Source: an uncultured Acidobacteriota bacterium (GTDB taxonomy: Bacteria; Acidobacteriota; Vicinamibacteria; Vicinamibacterales; 2-12-FULL-66-21). From it: 64,000 bases of DNA. A program made the translations under genes and the position numbers. Where the stretch lies: the NCBI GenBank assembly GCA_963785755.1, contig CAWAXG010000068.1, positions 46,594 through 110,593 on the forward strand, read 5' to 3'. The notes beneath the pieces are model-generated. The model searched no databases and was not told the DNA's origin. It saw only the letters and a program-made list of their open reading frames with translations. Below, one piece after another: positions 1-10,719 of this stretch (the first letter of the stretch is position 1; each line of letters opens with the position of its first letter).

Positions 1-363
1 CTCTGGCACACAAGCGCGCCGCGGTCGAACCGCTGAACCCCCGACCCCGAGGCCAGGTCTCAACCGGCTGTAACAGGCCGTGACGGACTGGCGTTTCCGA
101 AGGTGGGCGGTCCTCGATCCATTCACGTCAGTGGAGCCACTCCCAGCCACTGGCCCAGATAAACGCCATGAAGGTCGCGGTCATTTATCGATTGCTGCTC
201 ACGTCTTTGCGTCGCGTCCCGCCCGCTGGCGGCGGTCCGGGCGCCGGTGGCAACGGTCGGCCAGATCACGGATCCTTCTGGCGCGGTCGAGGCGCGGGTG
301 GAATTCTGAAAATGGCGCAAAGCATCTGATGAACGTCGCGGCAGCCACGGTGGTGGCTCGACC

Positions 364-2953
364 ATGAGGGCGCTCGACCGGGCGATTGTGCTCGCCTGCC
401 TGCTGACGGCCGTGGCGCCGGCGATGACCTATGCGCAGGAGGCCGCAGTTCTGACGCTGCACACCTCCAGGCGAGACACCAGCGCAACGGCCTCCGTGGA
501 TCTGGCGATTCAGCGGGTCCTCGCTCGAGATCTGAAGGGCGGCTTCGACTACTACAACGAGTACATCGATTTCGCGCGCTTTACCGATCCCGAGTACCGC
601 CCGGCATTCCGCGACTTCCTCGCGCTGAAGTACAGGCACCAGCCAATCAGCGTTGTGATTGCGACCACCAGGGTCAGTGTGGACTTCGTTCGGGATTTTG
701 GACAGGAGCTGTTTCCAGGGGCCGCGTTCGTTGTCCAGATGAGCAGTACCTGGTGCGCCCGTGCCTCACTCCACCGGCATCTTCACCAGAATCGACATGG
801 CGCGAACGATGACGCTCGTCGGCCGGTTGCAGCCGGAGGTCAGGCGCATCGTCGTCGTCAGTGGGGCCTCGGCATTCGACAAGTCCTACGAAGATATCGC
901 TCGCGAACAGTTCGCTGCCATGCCGGGGCGCTTAGAGTTCACGTACTGGTCCGGGTTGGCGATGACGGACCTGCTCGCGCGTGTGAAGACCCTGCCTCCG
1001 GACGCGGCGCTGTTCTACGTGTCGATCGCGCAGGATGGCACCGGTGCGCGATTCCTTCCCGATGCGAATCTGGCCCCGGTCGTCTCCTCGGCCAGCGTAC
1101 CGACCTACACCTGGAACAGCGTCGCGAGGGGACGCGGCATCATCGGCGGCAGCCTGATGAGCAACGAGATCATCGCCGAGCGGCTCGGGGACCTGGCCGT
1201 ACGCCTGCTGCGAGGAGAAACGCCGGAGAGCATTCCGATCGTCGAGATCGATCCCTACGAAGACGAGGTCGATTGGCGGCAATTGCTGCGCTGGAACATC
1301 AGCGAGGCCCGACTGCCGCAGGGCGTGACGGTCCGCTTTCGTGAACCAAGCCTGTGGAACCGCTACAAAGGCTACGTCGTTGCAGCTGTCGTGCTCCTGG
1401 CGTTGCAGACGGCGCTGATCGGCGCGCTGCTCGTTAATCGGGCGAGACGCCGCCGCGTCGAGAACGCGCTGCGCGAGAGCGAGGAACGGTTCCGAGTGAT
1501 GGCGGACACGGCGCCGATGCTGGTCTGGCGTTCCAATGCGAACAAGGAATGCGACTTCTTCAACCAGGCCTGGCTCCTGTTCCGCGGACGCACGTTTGCG
1601 GAGGAGCTGGGTTACGGTTGGGCCCAGGGAGTCCACAGCGCGGATCTCGAGCGCTGCCTGCTGACCTACACCCGCGCGTTCGACGCGCGCGAGCCCTTCC
1701 GCATGGAGTACCGGCTCCTGCGCGCGGACGGCCAGTACCGCTGGGTGCTGGACATCGGCGTGCCGCGGATTGCGCCTGACGGCCAGTTCGAGGGCTACAT
1801 CGGATCCTGTGTGGACATCACCGACCGGCGCGACGCCGAGGAGGCGCTCCACGAGAGCGAACGGCGGTATGCGCTCGCGACTGCCGCGGGCGGCGTCGGC
1901 GTCTGGGACTGGAACCTGGAGACGAACGAGATCTACATTGACCCCGAGCTGAAGAGAATCCTCGGCTTTGACGATGCCGAGATTCGCAACCATATCGATG
2001 ACTGGGGTGCCCGCGTCCACCCGGACGATCGCGAGGCCGTCATGATCCAGGCCCAGGCCTGCATCGACGGTCGCGTCGAGGCCTACGAGGTCGAGCACCG
2101 GATGCTCCACAAGAATGGCGGGGTGCGCTGGTTCCTCGCCCGGGGGTCGATCATCCGGCAGTCCGACGGCAGCGCGCACCGGATGGTCGGCACCGACACC
2201 GATATCACGCACCGCAAGCAGGCAGAGGCGGAGTTGCTCGAGAACGAGGCGGCGTTGCGAAAGAGCTTCGAGCAGAACCGGGACCTCGCCGGCCGGCTGA
2301 TCGCCGCCCAGGAGGCGGAGCGAACCCGCATCGCGCGCGACCTCCACGACGACGTCAGTCAGCAGCTTGCCGCGCTCGCGATCGCGTTGAGCGGAGTGAG
2401 ACGCCGCATCAACCAGAATGAGACTGGTCGCGATCTCGACGAGGCGCTCACCATGCTTCAGCACAGCACCGTCACGCTCGCCCAGGACATCAGGAGTCTC
2501 TCTCACCAGCTGCATCCGGGCGTACTCCAGCATGCCGGCCTCGTCGCCGCCTTGAAGGCGCATTGCGCCGAGTTTCAACGGCTTCAGGGGGTCGCCGTCA
2601 CTTTCGGCGCCGACGACGGCATCGACACCGTCACGAGCGACGTGGCGTTGTGCTTCTACCGGGTCACACAGGAGGCGCTCACCAACACCGCTCGCCACGC
2701 ACGCGCGCGGTCCGTCCAGGTTCAGCTCACCCGGCAGCCGGACAGCATCCGTCTCGCGGTCGAAGACGACGGCGTCGGGTTCGAGCCGACCCGCCGGCGG
2801 AACGGCGGCCTGGGACTGCGCAGCATCGACGAGCGCGTCCGTGTCGCCAAGGGCACGTTCGCGCTCGAGTCACAGCCCGGCCGGGGCACGCGGCTGACCA
2901 TTCAAATTCCGCTGTCGGCGGCTCGAACAATCGATCGGATCGGACAGGCGTAG
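364..2953 (+). pseudogene. Sensor histidine kinase (SBP-like periplasmic sensor domain, PAS x2, HisKA_3, HATPase_c); reading frame broken once (true pseudogene or sequencing indel)
   Basis: ORF 364..1344 carries the signal peptide MRALDRAIVLACLLTAVAPAMTYAQE and the start of the periplasmic domain. ORF 761..2953 carries the rest. They are consecutive pieces of one protein in frames 1 and 2. Frame 2 opens after TGA 740-742, so the +1 shift lies at about 743-760. Downstream features: TM segment YVVAAVVLLALQTALIGALLV, two PAS-like blocks, HisKA_3 box ERTRIARDLHDDVSQQL, and HATPase_c (VEDDGVGF, GGLGLRSI). Confidence 0.85.
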
Positions 2954-2980
2954 GCCTGGGGAGGACTCCTGGCGGAGGTT

Positions 2981-3613
2981 ATGCGACGCGCTACAGTACT
3001 CATCGCCGACGATCACGCGATCGTCTCAGAAGGCCTGGCCAGGCTGCTCACGGATCAATTCGACGTGGTCGGCACCGTGAAAGACGCCAGCAACCTGCTC
3101 GAAGCCGCGGCCCGGCTGCGGCCGGACATCATCATCACCGACATCTCCATGCCCGGTCTCAGCGGGATCGAGGCCCTGCGCCGGCTGAAGAACGACAAGA
3201 TCGAGAGCAAGGTCATCGTGCTGACCATGCACGCCGACGCCGAAGTGGCGACCGAGGCGATGCGCGCCGGGGCCTCGGGATTCCTGGTCAAGCTGGCGGC
3301 CGGCGACGAGCTGGTGACGGCGATCAACGAAGTGTTACAGGGCCGCCTCTACCTGACGCCCGCCGTGACGAGGGACGTCATCGCCCGGATGACGGAGACC
3401 CGGAAGACTCCCGAAGTCCAGCTGACGCCGCGCCAGCGCGAGGTCCTGACGCTCATCACCGAAGGGCGGCGAATGAAGGAAATCGCGGCCATTCTGCAAC
3501 TCTCGACTCGGACCGTCGAAACCCACAAATACGAGATGATGCAGGCGCTCGGCGTGCAGTCCACCGCCGAGCTCGTTCGGTACGCGATCCAGCACGGCAT
3601 CGTGGCCGGATGA
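2981..3613 (+). CDS. NarL/LuxR-family response regulator (REC + LuxR HTH)
   Basis: REC domain (VLIADDH, DIIITDISMPGLSG, VIVLTMH) and C-terminal LuxR-type HTH (LTPRQREVLTLITEGRRMKEIAAILQLSTRTVETHK). It starts 28 nt after the HisKA_3 kinase, so it is the likely cognate partner. Confidence 0.93.
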   Translation: MRRATVLIADDHAIVSEGLARLLTDQFDVVGTVKDASNLLEAAARLRPDIIITDISMPGLSGIEALRRLKNDKIESKVIVLTMHADAEVATEAMRAGASGFLVKLAAGDELVTAINEVLQGRLYLTPAVTRDVIARMTETRKTPEVQLTPRQREVLTLITEGRRMKEIAAILQLSTRTVETHKYEMMQALGVQSTAELVRYAIQHGIVAG

Positions 3614-3779
3614 CCGGGGACCAGGCTCAAGCTGTATCCGGGTAATACATTCTCAGTATTCTTACGGACCCCACCTCAGTATCTTTTCCATACGAACTCC
3701 GTAGTTCTGCGCTATCGCGCTGCCGACCCCCCAGCTAGAATCCCTGCGTTGCACGTCCACCAACCAGTGACACCGGGGT

Positions 3780-5402
3780 ATGTGTATGCAGGTCGTAGCT
3801 TTCTCGTCAACACGGCTGGATTCGGATGAAGAGCTGCAGCGGTTCGAGCGGCTCGCGTCGACCATGTCGTCCCAGTTCGCGCGGCTGCACGTGGAGCAGA
3901 TCGGGCCTGCCATCGTCGGCGCTCTCGAGCAGATCGCCCGCGTCATCGACGTCGAAACCTGCGCGCTGGTCGAGCTCACGCAGGCACAGGCGATCACCGC
4001 CGTGCACGCCTGGCCGGCTGACGGCGCGGCCTTCGGCCCGGACGGCCCTGACGGACACGTGCCGCGGTGGCTGCTCGATCGCCTGGCACGCTGTGAAGTC
4101 GTCCCGGTGTCACATACCGATGATCTGCCGCTCGACGACCGTGACGCATCGTCACGGTCGGGAGGATGGTCGGGGCTGGCCATTCCGGTGCAGGTCGCGG
4201 GTGAAGTGGTCTGTGCCTTGATCGTCTGGACGCAGAGCTGGCGGCGATGGCCGGAGCCGGTCGTCGAGCGCGTGCGGCTCCTTGCCGAGATCCTTGGCGT
4301 GGCGCTGCAGCGATGCCGTCACGAGGCGGCGCTGCGGGCCAGTCTGGAGACCATCGAACGGCTCAATGCACGTCTGGCGGCCGACAACAGCTACCTGCAG
4401 GAAGAGATCAAGACCTACCACGACTTCGACGATATCGTCGGCGAGGGCCCGGCATTGCGGCTGGCGCTGACGCGTCTGGGCCAGGTCGCCCCGATGAACG
4501 CGTCGGTGCTGCTCCTCGGCGAAACCGGGACCGGCAAGGAACTGTTCGCGCGAGCGTTGCACGATCGCAGCCGCCGTCGGATGCGCGCGCTGGTTCGCGT
4601 CAACTGCGCGGCCCTGCCACCCACGCTGGTCGAAAGCGAGCTGTTCGGGCACGAAAAAGGCGCCTTCACCGGCGCTGTCTCCATGCGCCAGGGCCGCTTC
4701 GAGCTCGCCGACGGTGGAACCATCTTCCTCGACGAGATCGGCGATCTGCCACACGAAATCCAGGTGAAGCTGCTGAGGGTGCTGCAGGAAGGGGAATTCG
4801 AACGCGTCGGCTCGTCGCGCACCAAGAAGGTGGACGTCCGGGTGATCGCCGCAACCCATCGCGACCTCGAGGCGGACGTCGCCGACGGACGTTTTCGCGC
4901 CGATCTCTACTATCGCCTGAGTGTGTTTCCGATTTACCTGCCGGCGCTTCGCGAGCGGCGTGACGACATCCCGTCGCTGGTGTGGTTCTTCATTCACCGG
5001 CATCAGCGCGAACTGGGACGGCGGATCACGAAAGTACCGCAGGCGGTCATGCACGCGCTGCAGCAGCACGCCTGGCCGGGCAACGTCCGCGAACTGGAGA
5101 ACGTCATCGAGCGGGCGATGATTCAGTCGACCGGCGACACGCTGCAGCTCGATGAAGCGTTCGCCCGGCCGCGGCGTCAAGCGATCGACGAGGCCGGGCC
5201 GATCGGCGATACCCTCGACGCGATTCAGCGGGCCCACATCGAATCGGTGCTGCTCGAATGCGGCTGGCGGATCAACGGGACGAACAACGCGGCCGAGCGT
5301 CTCGGCCTGCATCCCAACACGCTCCGCTTCCGCATGAAGAAGCTGGGCATCATGTCGCCCGAGCGCCGGGCCCGCGAGGGCTCGAGCCTGCCCATGAACT
5401 GA
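3780..5402 (+). CDS. Sigma-54-dependent transcriptional activator with N-terminal GAF-like domain
   Basis: AAA+ sigma-54 interaction domain: Walker A GETGTGKE, ESELFGHEKGAFTGA (GAFTGA loop), Walker B TIFLDEIG. C-terminal Fis-type HTH: NNAAERLGLHPNTLRFRMKKLG. Confidence 0.93.
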   Translation: MCMQVVAFSSTRLDSDEELQRFERLASTMSSQFARLHVEQIGPAIVGALEQIARVIDVETCALVELTQAQAITAVHAWPADGAAFGPDGPDGHVPRWLLDRLARCEVVPVSHTDDLPLDDRDASSRSGGWSGLAIPVQVAGEVVCALIVWTQSWRRWPEPVVERVRLLAEILGVALQRCRHEAALRASLETIERLNARLAADNSYLQEEIKTYHDFDDIVGEGPALRLALTRLGQVAPMNASVLLLGETGTGKELFARALHDRSRRRMRALVRVNCAALPPTLVESELFGHEKGAFTGAVSMRQGRFELADGGTIFLDEIGDLPHEIQVKLLRVLQEGEFERVGSSRTKKVDVRVIAATHRDLEADVADGRFRADLYYRLSVFPIYLPALRERRDDIPSLVWFFIHRHQRELGRRITKVPQAVMHALQQHAWPGNVRELENVIERAMIQSTGDTLQLDEAFARPRRQAIDEAGPIGDTLDAIQRAHIESVLLECGWRINGTNNAAERLGLHPNTLRFRMKKLGIMSPERRAREGSSLPMN

Positions 5403-5452
5403 GGGGATCCCGAGGTGTGGGGGGCCCACATGCGATCGTCGTGCGGCTTCGA

Positions 5453-6382
5453 TCAGCGCGGCGAAGGGATCCGGTACCGCGCGAGCACGGCCGTGGCGTC
5501 GTCCACGCCGCCGCGGGCGGCCGCGAGATCGATGAGCGCCGTGCACTGATCGTCGAGACGGCGAGGCTGCGCGAGGAAGTCCGCGATGATCTCGTCGTCG
5601 AGCGGGTCGGTCACGCCGTCCGTGCACAACAGAATCATGTCGTTGTCGCACAGGCCCAGTCGCTCGACGTCGACGGCCGGCGGCTGGCCCGCGCCGATCG
5701 CATCGGTCAGGATGTGGCGCAGGTCCTGGGCCGCCGTGCCGACCGGCACCGGCCCGGCGGCCTCGTGGAGCCGCTGATCGAGTGTCTGGTCGCGGGTCAG
5801 CTGCGTGAGCTCGCCGTCGCGATAGAGATACGCCCGGGAATGGCCGACGTGCGCGTAGAACAGCTCGCTCCCCGCGCTGAACGCCGCGGTCAGGGTCGTG
5901 CACATGCCGGTCAGCAGCGGGTTCGTCCGGCTGCGCCGCTCGACGGCATGCGCCGCGCGCAGATAGAACCACTCCGCGCGGTTGATGATCTCCTCGGCCA
6001 TCGAACCGTCTACGCGCAGGTTCCACTTGCCGAAATGGATCGCGAGGTGCGCCAGCGTGCTGACGGCGATCCGGCTGGCGAGGCCACCCGCCCCCATGTT
6101 GCCGGCGCCGTCGGCTACGACCATCGCATACCCGTGTTCCTCGAACCGTGCCGGCAGGTCTCCCTCGGGCAGGGTCGTCGCCACGACTTCCTGGTGCCGG
6201 CCGAGACGGAGAATCAGCATGTGGTCCTCGCTCGCCGGCCGGAGCCGGCCGGGACGCGAGTGACACCCGAATTCCACCTCCACGACCGCCGACAGTGGCT
6301 GGAAATCGGCCGCATCGAGGATCGGCGAGAGCATCTTCCGGCGCTCCGCTGCGGGCGACGGTTCCGGTTTCGCTTCATTCAT
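5453..6382 (-). CDS. PP2C-family Ser/Thr protein phosphatase
   Basis: PP2C-like motifs MVVADGAGNMGAGGLAS, LLCTDGVTDPL and DDATAVL. Start placed at ATG 6382 (MNEAKPE). The remaining upstream part of ORF 5453..6802 is Arg/Gly-rich and overlaps the neighbouring gene. Confidence 0.85.
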   Translation of the reverse strand: MNEAKPEPSPAAERRKMLSPILDAADFQPLSAVVEVEFGCHSRPGRLRPASEDHMLILRLGRHQEVVATTLPEGDLPARFEEHGYAMVVADGAGNMGAGGLASRIAVSTLAHLAIHFGKWNLRVDGSMAEEIINRAEWFYLRAAHAVERRSRTNPLLTGMCTTLTAAFSAGSELFYAHVGHSRAYLYRDGELTQLTRDQTLDQRLHEAAGPVPVGTAAQDLRHILTDAIGAGQPPAVDVERLGLCDNDMILLCTDGVTDPLDDEIIADFLAQPRRLDDQCTALIDLAAARGGVDDATAVLARYRIPSPR

Positions 6383-6408
6383 CGCGCCCTGCTTTCCGCT
6401 TGCGGCAG

Positions 6409-7756
6409 CTAGACCGCCGCCTGTTGCGGCTGCTTCGCTTCGGTGAGCTGCTTGTACGCCCGCCCGACCTGCCACGCAAGCACCAGCCATACGACAACGA
6501 TCGCGGCATTCACGGCCGCGAAGCCACGCGGCCGGAACATGAACACCGTCGTGCCCAGGAAGACCAGCAGCGCCGACAGCACGTCGCCCATTCGCACGAA
6601 GAAGGAATCGATCGCCTGCTTGGCGCTGAACTTCTGCTCGTAGGTGCAGGGCAGGAACAGCATGTTCCGGACGGTGTTGTTGAGTGAGTAATCGGTGGCG
6701 TTCTCCGCCACCTTCGCCGAGAGGACGGCCATCAGCGCGGGAAAGAACACCAGAATGTTGTAGGCGCCGAGGGAAATCATCGGCAGGATCATCACCGCCC
6801 ACGGAATCCCCAGGTGCTTGACCACGCGCGAGACGACGAAGAGCTGCAGGAGCAGCCCCAGCACGTTGACGTAGGTGAAGTACTTCGAATAGAAATCGCC
6901 AATCAGCTGCCCTTCCGTGAGGCCGTTGGCCTGCCCGCTGGCGATCTGCGCGGCCGCCGTTTCCTTCACGATGCTGCCGAGGATGTACTCGCCGGTGGTG
7001 TTGACCCAGTTGAGCAGCATGAGCATGAGCGCCATCAGGAGCAGGTAGCGGGTGCGGAAGACCATCGCGAACGCGTTCTCACCCGAGCTCTTGCGGGCTT
7101 CCACGGGCGCCCGCCGCCGCCGCCGGCCGCCGGCCGCCTTCTTTCCGATCGACCACGTTCGTGATGAACAGCTGCAGCGCGAGAACCGCGCCGCCGGCCA
7201 GCATCAGCTGATACACGCCGAGCGGTTCGATCAGACGGTCGGCGGTGCCCGCGCCGACCGCGGCGCCGAGCGACGCGCCAAAGCCGACGATGACGAACAA
7301 CCGGAGACCCTGCTCCTTGGTGTACACGTCGTTGGCGAACGACCAGAACTGCGCGACGACCATCAGGTTGAAGATCCCGATCCACATGAAGAACACGATC
7401 GCGAGCGGCACCTGGAACTGGGCCAGGACGTAGAAGACCGCCACGCAGGCGATGAAGAACAGCGTCACCATGTTGATCAGCCGCATCCGCGGGAACCGCG
7501 CGACGAGACGGCCGTAGTACGGCACGACGAACGCCAGCAGCACAACCTGCCCCGCCGACATGTAGCTCTTGAGCTCCGCCGACCCCTCGCCCAGGATCAG
7601 CGCCTCGCGGACGGGCTTCAGCATGTAGTACGACATGAGGATCAGGAACACGTTCAGTGCGAGCAGCAGCGCCGTCATCCCTTCCCCGGGATGCACGTCC
7701 GTGAAGAGGCCGAGAAAGCGCTCGAGAGCCGACCGATCAGAAGTTTTGGTTGTCAC
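6409..7756 (-). pseudogene. ATP/ADP-translocase-like (TLC / Npt1-Npt2 family) MFS-type transporter, split by one frameshift
   Basis: ORF 7079..7756 is the N-terminal half (LILMSYYMLKPVREALIL, FWSFANDVYTKEQG). ORF 6409..7104 is the C-terminal half (LLNWVNTTGEYILGS, NNTVRNMLFLPCTYEQKF). They are adjacent halves of one transporter in different frames. The junction lies in the (GCC/GCG)n tract at 7104-7135. Confidence 0.7.
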
Positions 7757-7760
7757 GGTT

Positions 7761-9905
7761 TCACTCCACCCAATGCAGCACGTCGCGAATTACGGACCAA
7801 CGCGGCGGCCGGCCGGCCGGGTCCTGGCCAAGTATCCAGTAGCGATAGAGCGCGTCAAGCGTCCCGTCCTTCTTCTTCAAATCGATCCAGGTATTGATGA
7901 AGGTCGCGAACGACTGATCGTGGCGCGCGATGGGATAGGCGAGCGGCACCTTGACGATGCCGGGCTCGGGAACGACGACCGAATATTCAGGGTACATCAG
8001 CGTCCAGGCCGAGCCTCGCTCCGCGGGAAACGCCAGGGCGACGACGTCGGGCGGGAACGCCTTCAACAGCTCGACGAAATCGGTCACCGGACGCAGCGTC
8101 GCCTTGGGCGCGCGGAGGCGCAGTTTCTCGAGGTAGTAGGGAACGTTCGGGACGGCGAGGGTAATCGGTCCCATTGCGCGGATGCCGTCCCAGGTCGCGA
8201 ACCGTTCGCGCGCCGAATCGTGGACGATGAACGCGAGGGTTTCGTCGAGGTAGCCGGTTGACATCAGGGTGCGACTGGCGCGATCGGGGGTGACGACCAC
8301 GCCGGACATCACGATGTCGCAATGACCCTGCGCGAGCGCCCCGTCCAGTCCGTCGCGCGCCACCGGCACCAGATCGAGCCGCAATTGCAGCTCCGCCGCC
8401 AGCCGATGCGCGAGCTCGATGTCGAACCCCACCAGCTCGTTCCGGCCGTTGAAGAACGCGAACGGCAGCGAGTCGGGGAGAAATCCGACCCGCAGGCTGC
8501 CGCGGGCGCGAATCGCCTCGAGCTCGCTCGCGCCATCGGGCGCCGCTGGCGCCGGCGACGCACCGGCAAGCACCACGGCGCTCGTGGTTTCGCGCAGAAG
8601 ATGCATCCCTGCCAGCACTTTGTCCTTCGTGTATGCCTGATCGAGGATACTCGCGAACACGACGCGAGTGCCACCGATGACGCTAACGGTCAAAGCGGCG
8701 GTCACGACCGCGTAGCGTACGAGCCGGCGCCGGTTCCATTCCACGAGTCCCACCATGGCGCAGGTGCCGAGCAGCGCCACCGTCAGCGTGTGCACCGCGG
8801 CGACGAGCGTGCCGAAGCGGGAATTGATGACGCCGCTCGCCAGGAACAGCTGAAACGCATCGGCTGGAATGCGGAAGAGATCGAGGAGGAACGGCACCGC
8901 GACATTGAGACTGCCGAAGAAGGTCACCAGCCCGGTGAGGGCGAGCCGCGGATAGTCCGCCACACTGACGACCGCGTCGGAGAACCACCCGGCGAAGAGC
9001 ACGAAACTGATCGACAACAGCTTCCCGGTGTGAGGGAAGTTGAACGACGCCGGGACGATGACGTCCGGCAGCGACGCGGCGGCCGAATCGGCCGGGCGGA
9101 TCCGTGCGATCAGCGTCTTGCTGGATTCGATCAGCACCGGCAGGACGATGAACAGGTCGCCGGCGACGAAGGCCGTCACCAGCGCATCCCGGGTGAGGCT
9201 GAAGATCTCCCGCACCCGGATCGGCGTCAACGCGGCAACCAGGCCAGGGAGGACCCACAGACTCACCAGGAGCGCGACCAGCACATAGCTGATCAGATAC
9301 ACCTGCAGCCGTCCGAGCTGTTCGAAGCTCAAGGTGCCGGCAGCCGTGGCGGCGATGGCAAAGAGGCCGTACGGCGTGAGCCGCGTGATGAATCGAGTCA
9401 GGCGGGACAGCGCGTCCCCGACGATGCCGAGCACGTCGAGCAGCACCTGTTTCCGTTCGACGCCGATCAGCGCCGCGCCAAGGAGCACCGAGAACAGCAC
9501 GACGGCCGGGACGACGTTGTTCGCGAGTGAATTGAACGGATTCGAGGGAATGTAGAGATCGACGAAGTTGAACGCCGGCCGGCGCTCGACCAGCGTCGTG
9601 CTGAAGAAGCTGGCGTTCTGCACCTGAGGAAACGAGAGCGGAATCGCGAACGTGAAGGCCAGCGCAAGCAGCCACAAGCCGGCCAGGACCGCGCCGGTCT
9701 TGACGCCGAGCACGCGCGCGTCCTCATACCGGAGCCGGCCAAGGCTGCCGACGATCGACACGGTGACGTACGGCAGGACCGTCATCTGCAGCAGCTTGAC
9801 GAAGCCGTCGGCCGCCCATCGGAAGATCGCCGCTCGCTCTCCGAGAAACAGCCCGACGACGACGCCGGTCGCCAGACCCACGAGAATCCGCTTGGAAAAG
9901 GACAT
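7761..9905 (-). CDS. Dicarboxylate/amino acid:cation symporter (DAACS) domain fused to a C-terminal family-3 solute-binding domain
   Basis: The N-terminal ~430 aa are polytopic and resemble the sodium:dicarboxylate symporter family. The C-terminal ~250 aa are SBP_bac_3-like (LRVGFLPDSLPFAFFNGRNELVGFDIELAHRLA, DIVMSGVVVTPDRA). It is a single uninterrupted 714-aa ORF. Confidence 0.8.
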   Translation of the reverse strand: MSFSKRILVGLATGVVVGLFLGERAAIFRWAADGFVKLLQMTVLPYVTVSIVGSLGRLRYEDARVLGVKTGAVLAGLWLLALAFTFAIPLSFPQVQNASFFSTTLVERRPAFNFVDLYIPSNPFNSLANNVVPAVVLFSVLLGAALIGVERKQVLLDVLGIVGDALSRLTRFITRLTPYGLFAIAATAAGTLSFEQLGRLQVYLISYVLVALLVSLWVLPGLVAALTPIRVREIFSLTRDALVTAFVAGDLFIVLPVLIESSKTLIARIRPADSAAASLPDVIVPASFNFPHTGKLLSISFVLFAGWFSDAVVSVADYPRLALTGLVTFFGSLNVAVPFLLDLFRIPADAFQLFLASGVINSRFGTLVAAVHTLTVALLGTCAMVGLVEWNRRRLVRYAVVTAALTVSVIGGTRVVFASILDQAYTKDKVLAGMHLLRETTSAVVLAGASPAPAAPDGASELEAIRARGSLRVGFLPDSLPFAFFNGRNELVGFDIELAHRLAAELQLRLDLVPVARDGLDGALAQGHCDIVMSGVVVTPDRASRTLMSTGYLDETLAFIVHDSARERFATWDGIRAMGPITLAVPNVPYYLEKLRLRAPKATLRPVTDFVELLKAFPPDVVALAFPAERGSAWTLMYPEYSVVVPEPGIVKVPLAYPIARHDQSFATFINTWIDLKKKDGTLDALYRYWILGQDPAGRPPRWSVIRDVLHWVE

Positions 9906-10216
9906 GCCTCGCCAGCTGCCAGACGGAGCAAGAATGCCGCCGCCCGGGAACAGTCTTCGCAGGCGCTTTCAGAGGTGCACCGAGACCGGCGTGACGTCCG
10001 TTTACCGCTGGCCGTCATGGCCCTCACGAAATGCGGTGACACCACGGCCCGCGGGGCGTCAGCCGTGCCCGCAGCGACGGGCCGCTGGACCGCAACGCGC
10101 CATCTTCCGCGCCTTTCCGCTATCATCGCCGGCGCCGGGTTCAGGCATGTACGTTGCCTCAGTGGCTGCCGCGGTCCGCTCTCCGTTCGTTCGTCTGTTT
10201 CAGACAGAGGTTCTTC

Positions 10217-10714
10217 ATGCATAGTCTTGCCTGCGCGCTCGTCCTGGCCCTGTTCACGCCTCAAGCCATCGGAGAGGTCGAGACTCAGTTCGACAAGGCA
10301 GCGAACTTCAGCGCGTTTCGCACCTACTCGTGGAGCAAGGGGCATGAGGCCTTTGACCCCGCCGCGCACAAGATGATCACCGAGGCCATCGATGCCGAGA
10401 TGACCGGTCTCGGCTTCACGAAAGCGGATGCCGGCAAGGCAGATGTGCTCCTGACCTATCACTCGGTGCGCAGCTCCGAGGTCGATCTGAAGGCGCTGGA
10501 CAAGCTGGGGCCGGGTCAGGACGCGGCTTCCGCCACCAAGATTCTCGGACGGCTGGCCGTGGTCCTCTCCAACCCGACCTCGAGGGCCACCCTCTGGAGT
10601 GCGGGCACCCGTCGTCGGCTGAGCGACGATCCAGCGAAGTGGAAGGACGAAGTGCTTCGAGCGGTGCAGGCGTTGTTCGACACCTACCCGGGGCGCAAGA
10701 AAGGCGGGAAATAG
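10217..10714 (+). CDS. DUF4136-family lipoprotein/secreted protein
   Basis: ATG 10217 is preceded by AGAGG. Signal peptide MHSLACALVLALFTPQA. DUF4136-like FSAFRTYSWSKG motif. Paralogue of 24131..24754. Confidence 0.75.
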   Translation: MHSLACALVLALFTPQAIGEVETQFDKAANFSAFRTYSWSKGHEAFDPAAHKMITEAIDAEMTGLGFTKADAGKADVLLTYHSVRSSEVDLKALDKLGPGQDAASATKILGRLAVVLSNPTSRATLWSAGTRRRLSDDPAKWKDEVLRAVQALFDTYPGRKKGGK

Positions 10715-10719
10715 CAGCA

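Noticed and set aside
1-363. Possible 3' end of an upstream gene, or small ORFs (80..367+, 123..365-), at the left edge.
   Set aside because: All frames give short Arg-rich translations without recognisable motifs. Stops occur within the first ~75 nt in all three forward frames. It is treated as the intergenic/promoter region of the kinase gene.
932-2698. Very long ORFs antisense to or overlapping confident genes. Examples: 932..2698(-), 4152..6266(-), 8322..9530(+), 13415..14821(+), 16336..17760(+), 22722..24026(-), 34545..36230(+), 40840..42780(+), 45821..46915(-), 46927..48057(-), 47706..48860(-), 50964..52820(-), 59019..60326(+).
   Set aside because: Their translations are Arg/Gly/Pro/Ala-rich with no recognisable domains. 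Each lies opposite a gene with clear family motifs. These are the shadow ORFs typical of high-GC DNA, where stop codons are rare in every frame.
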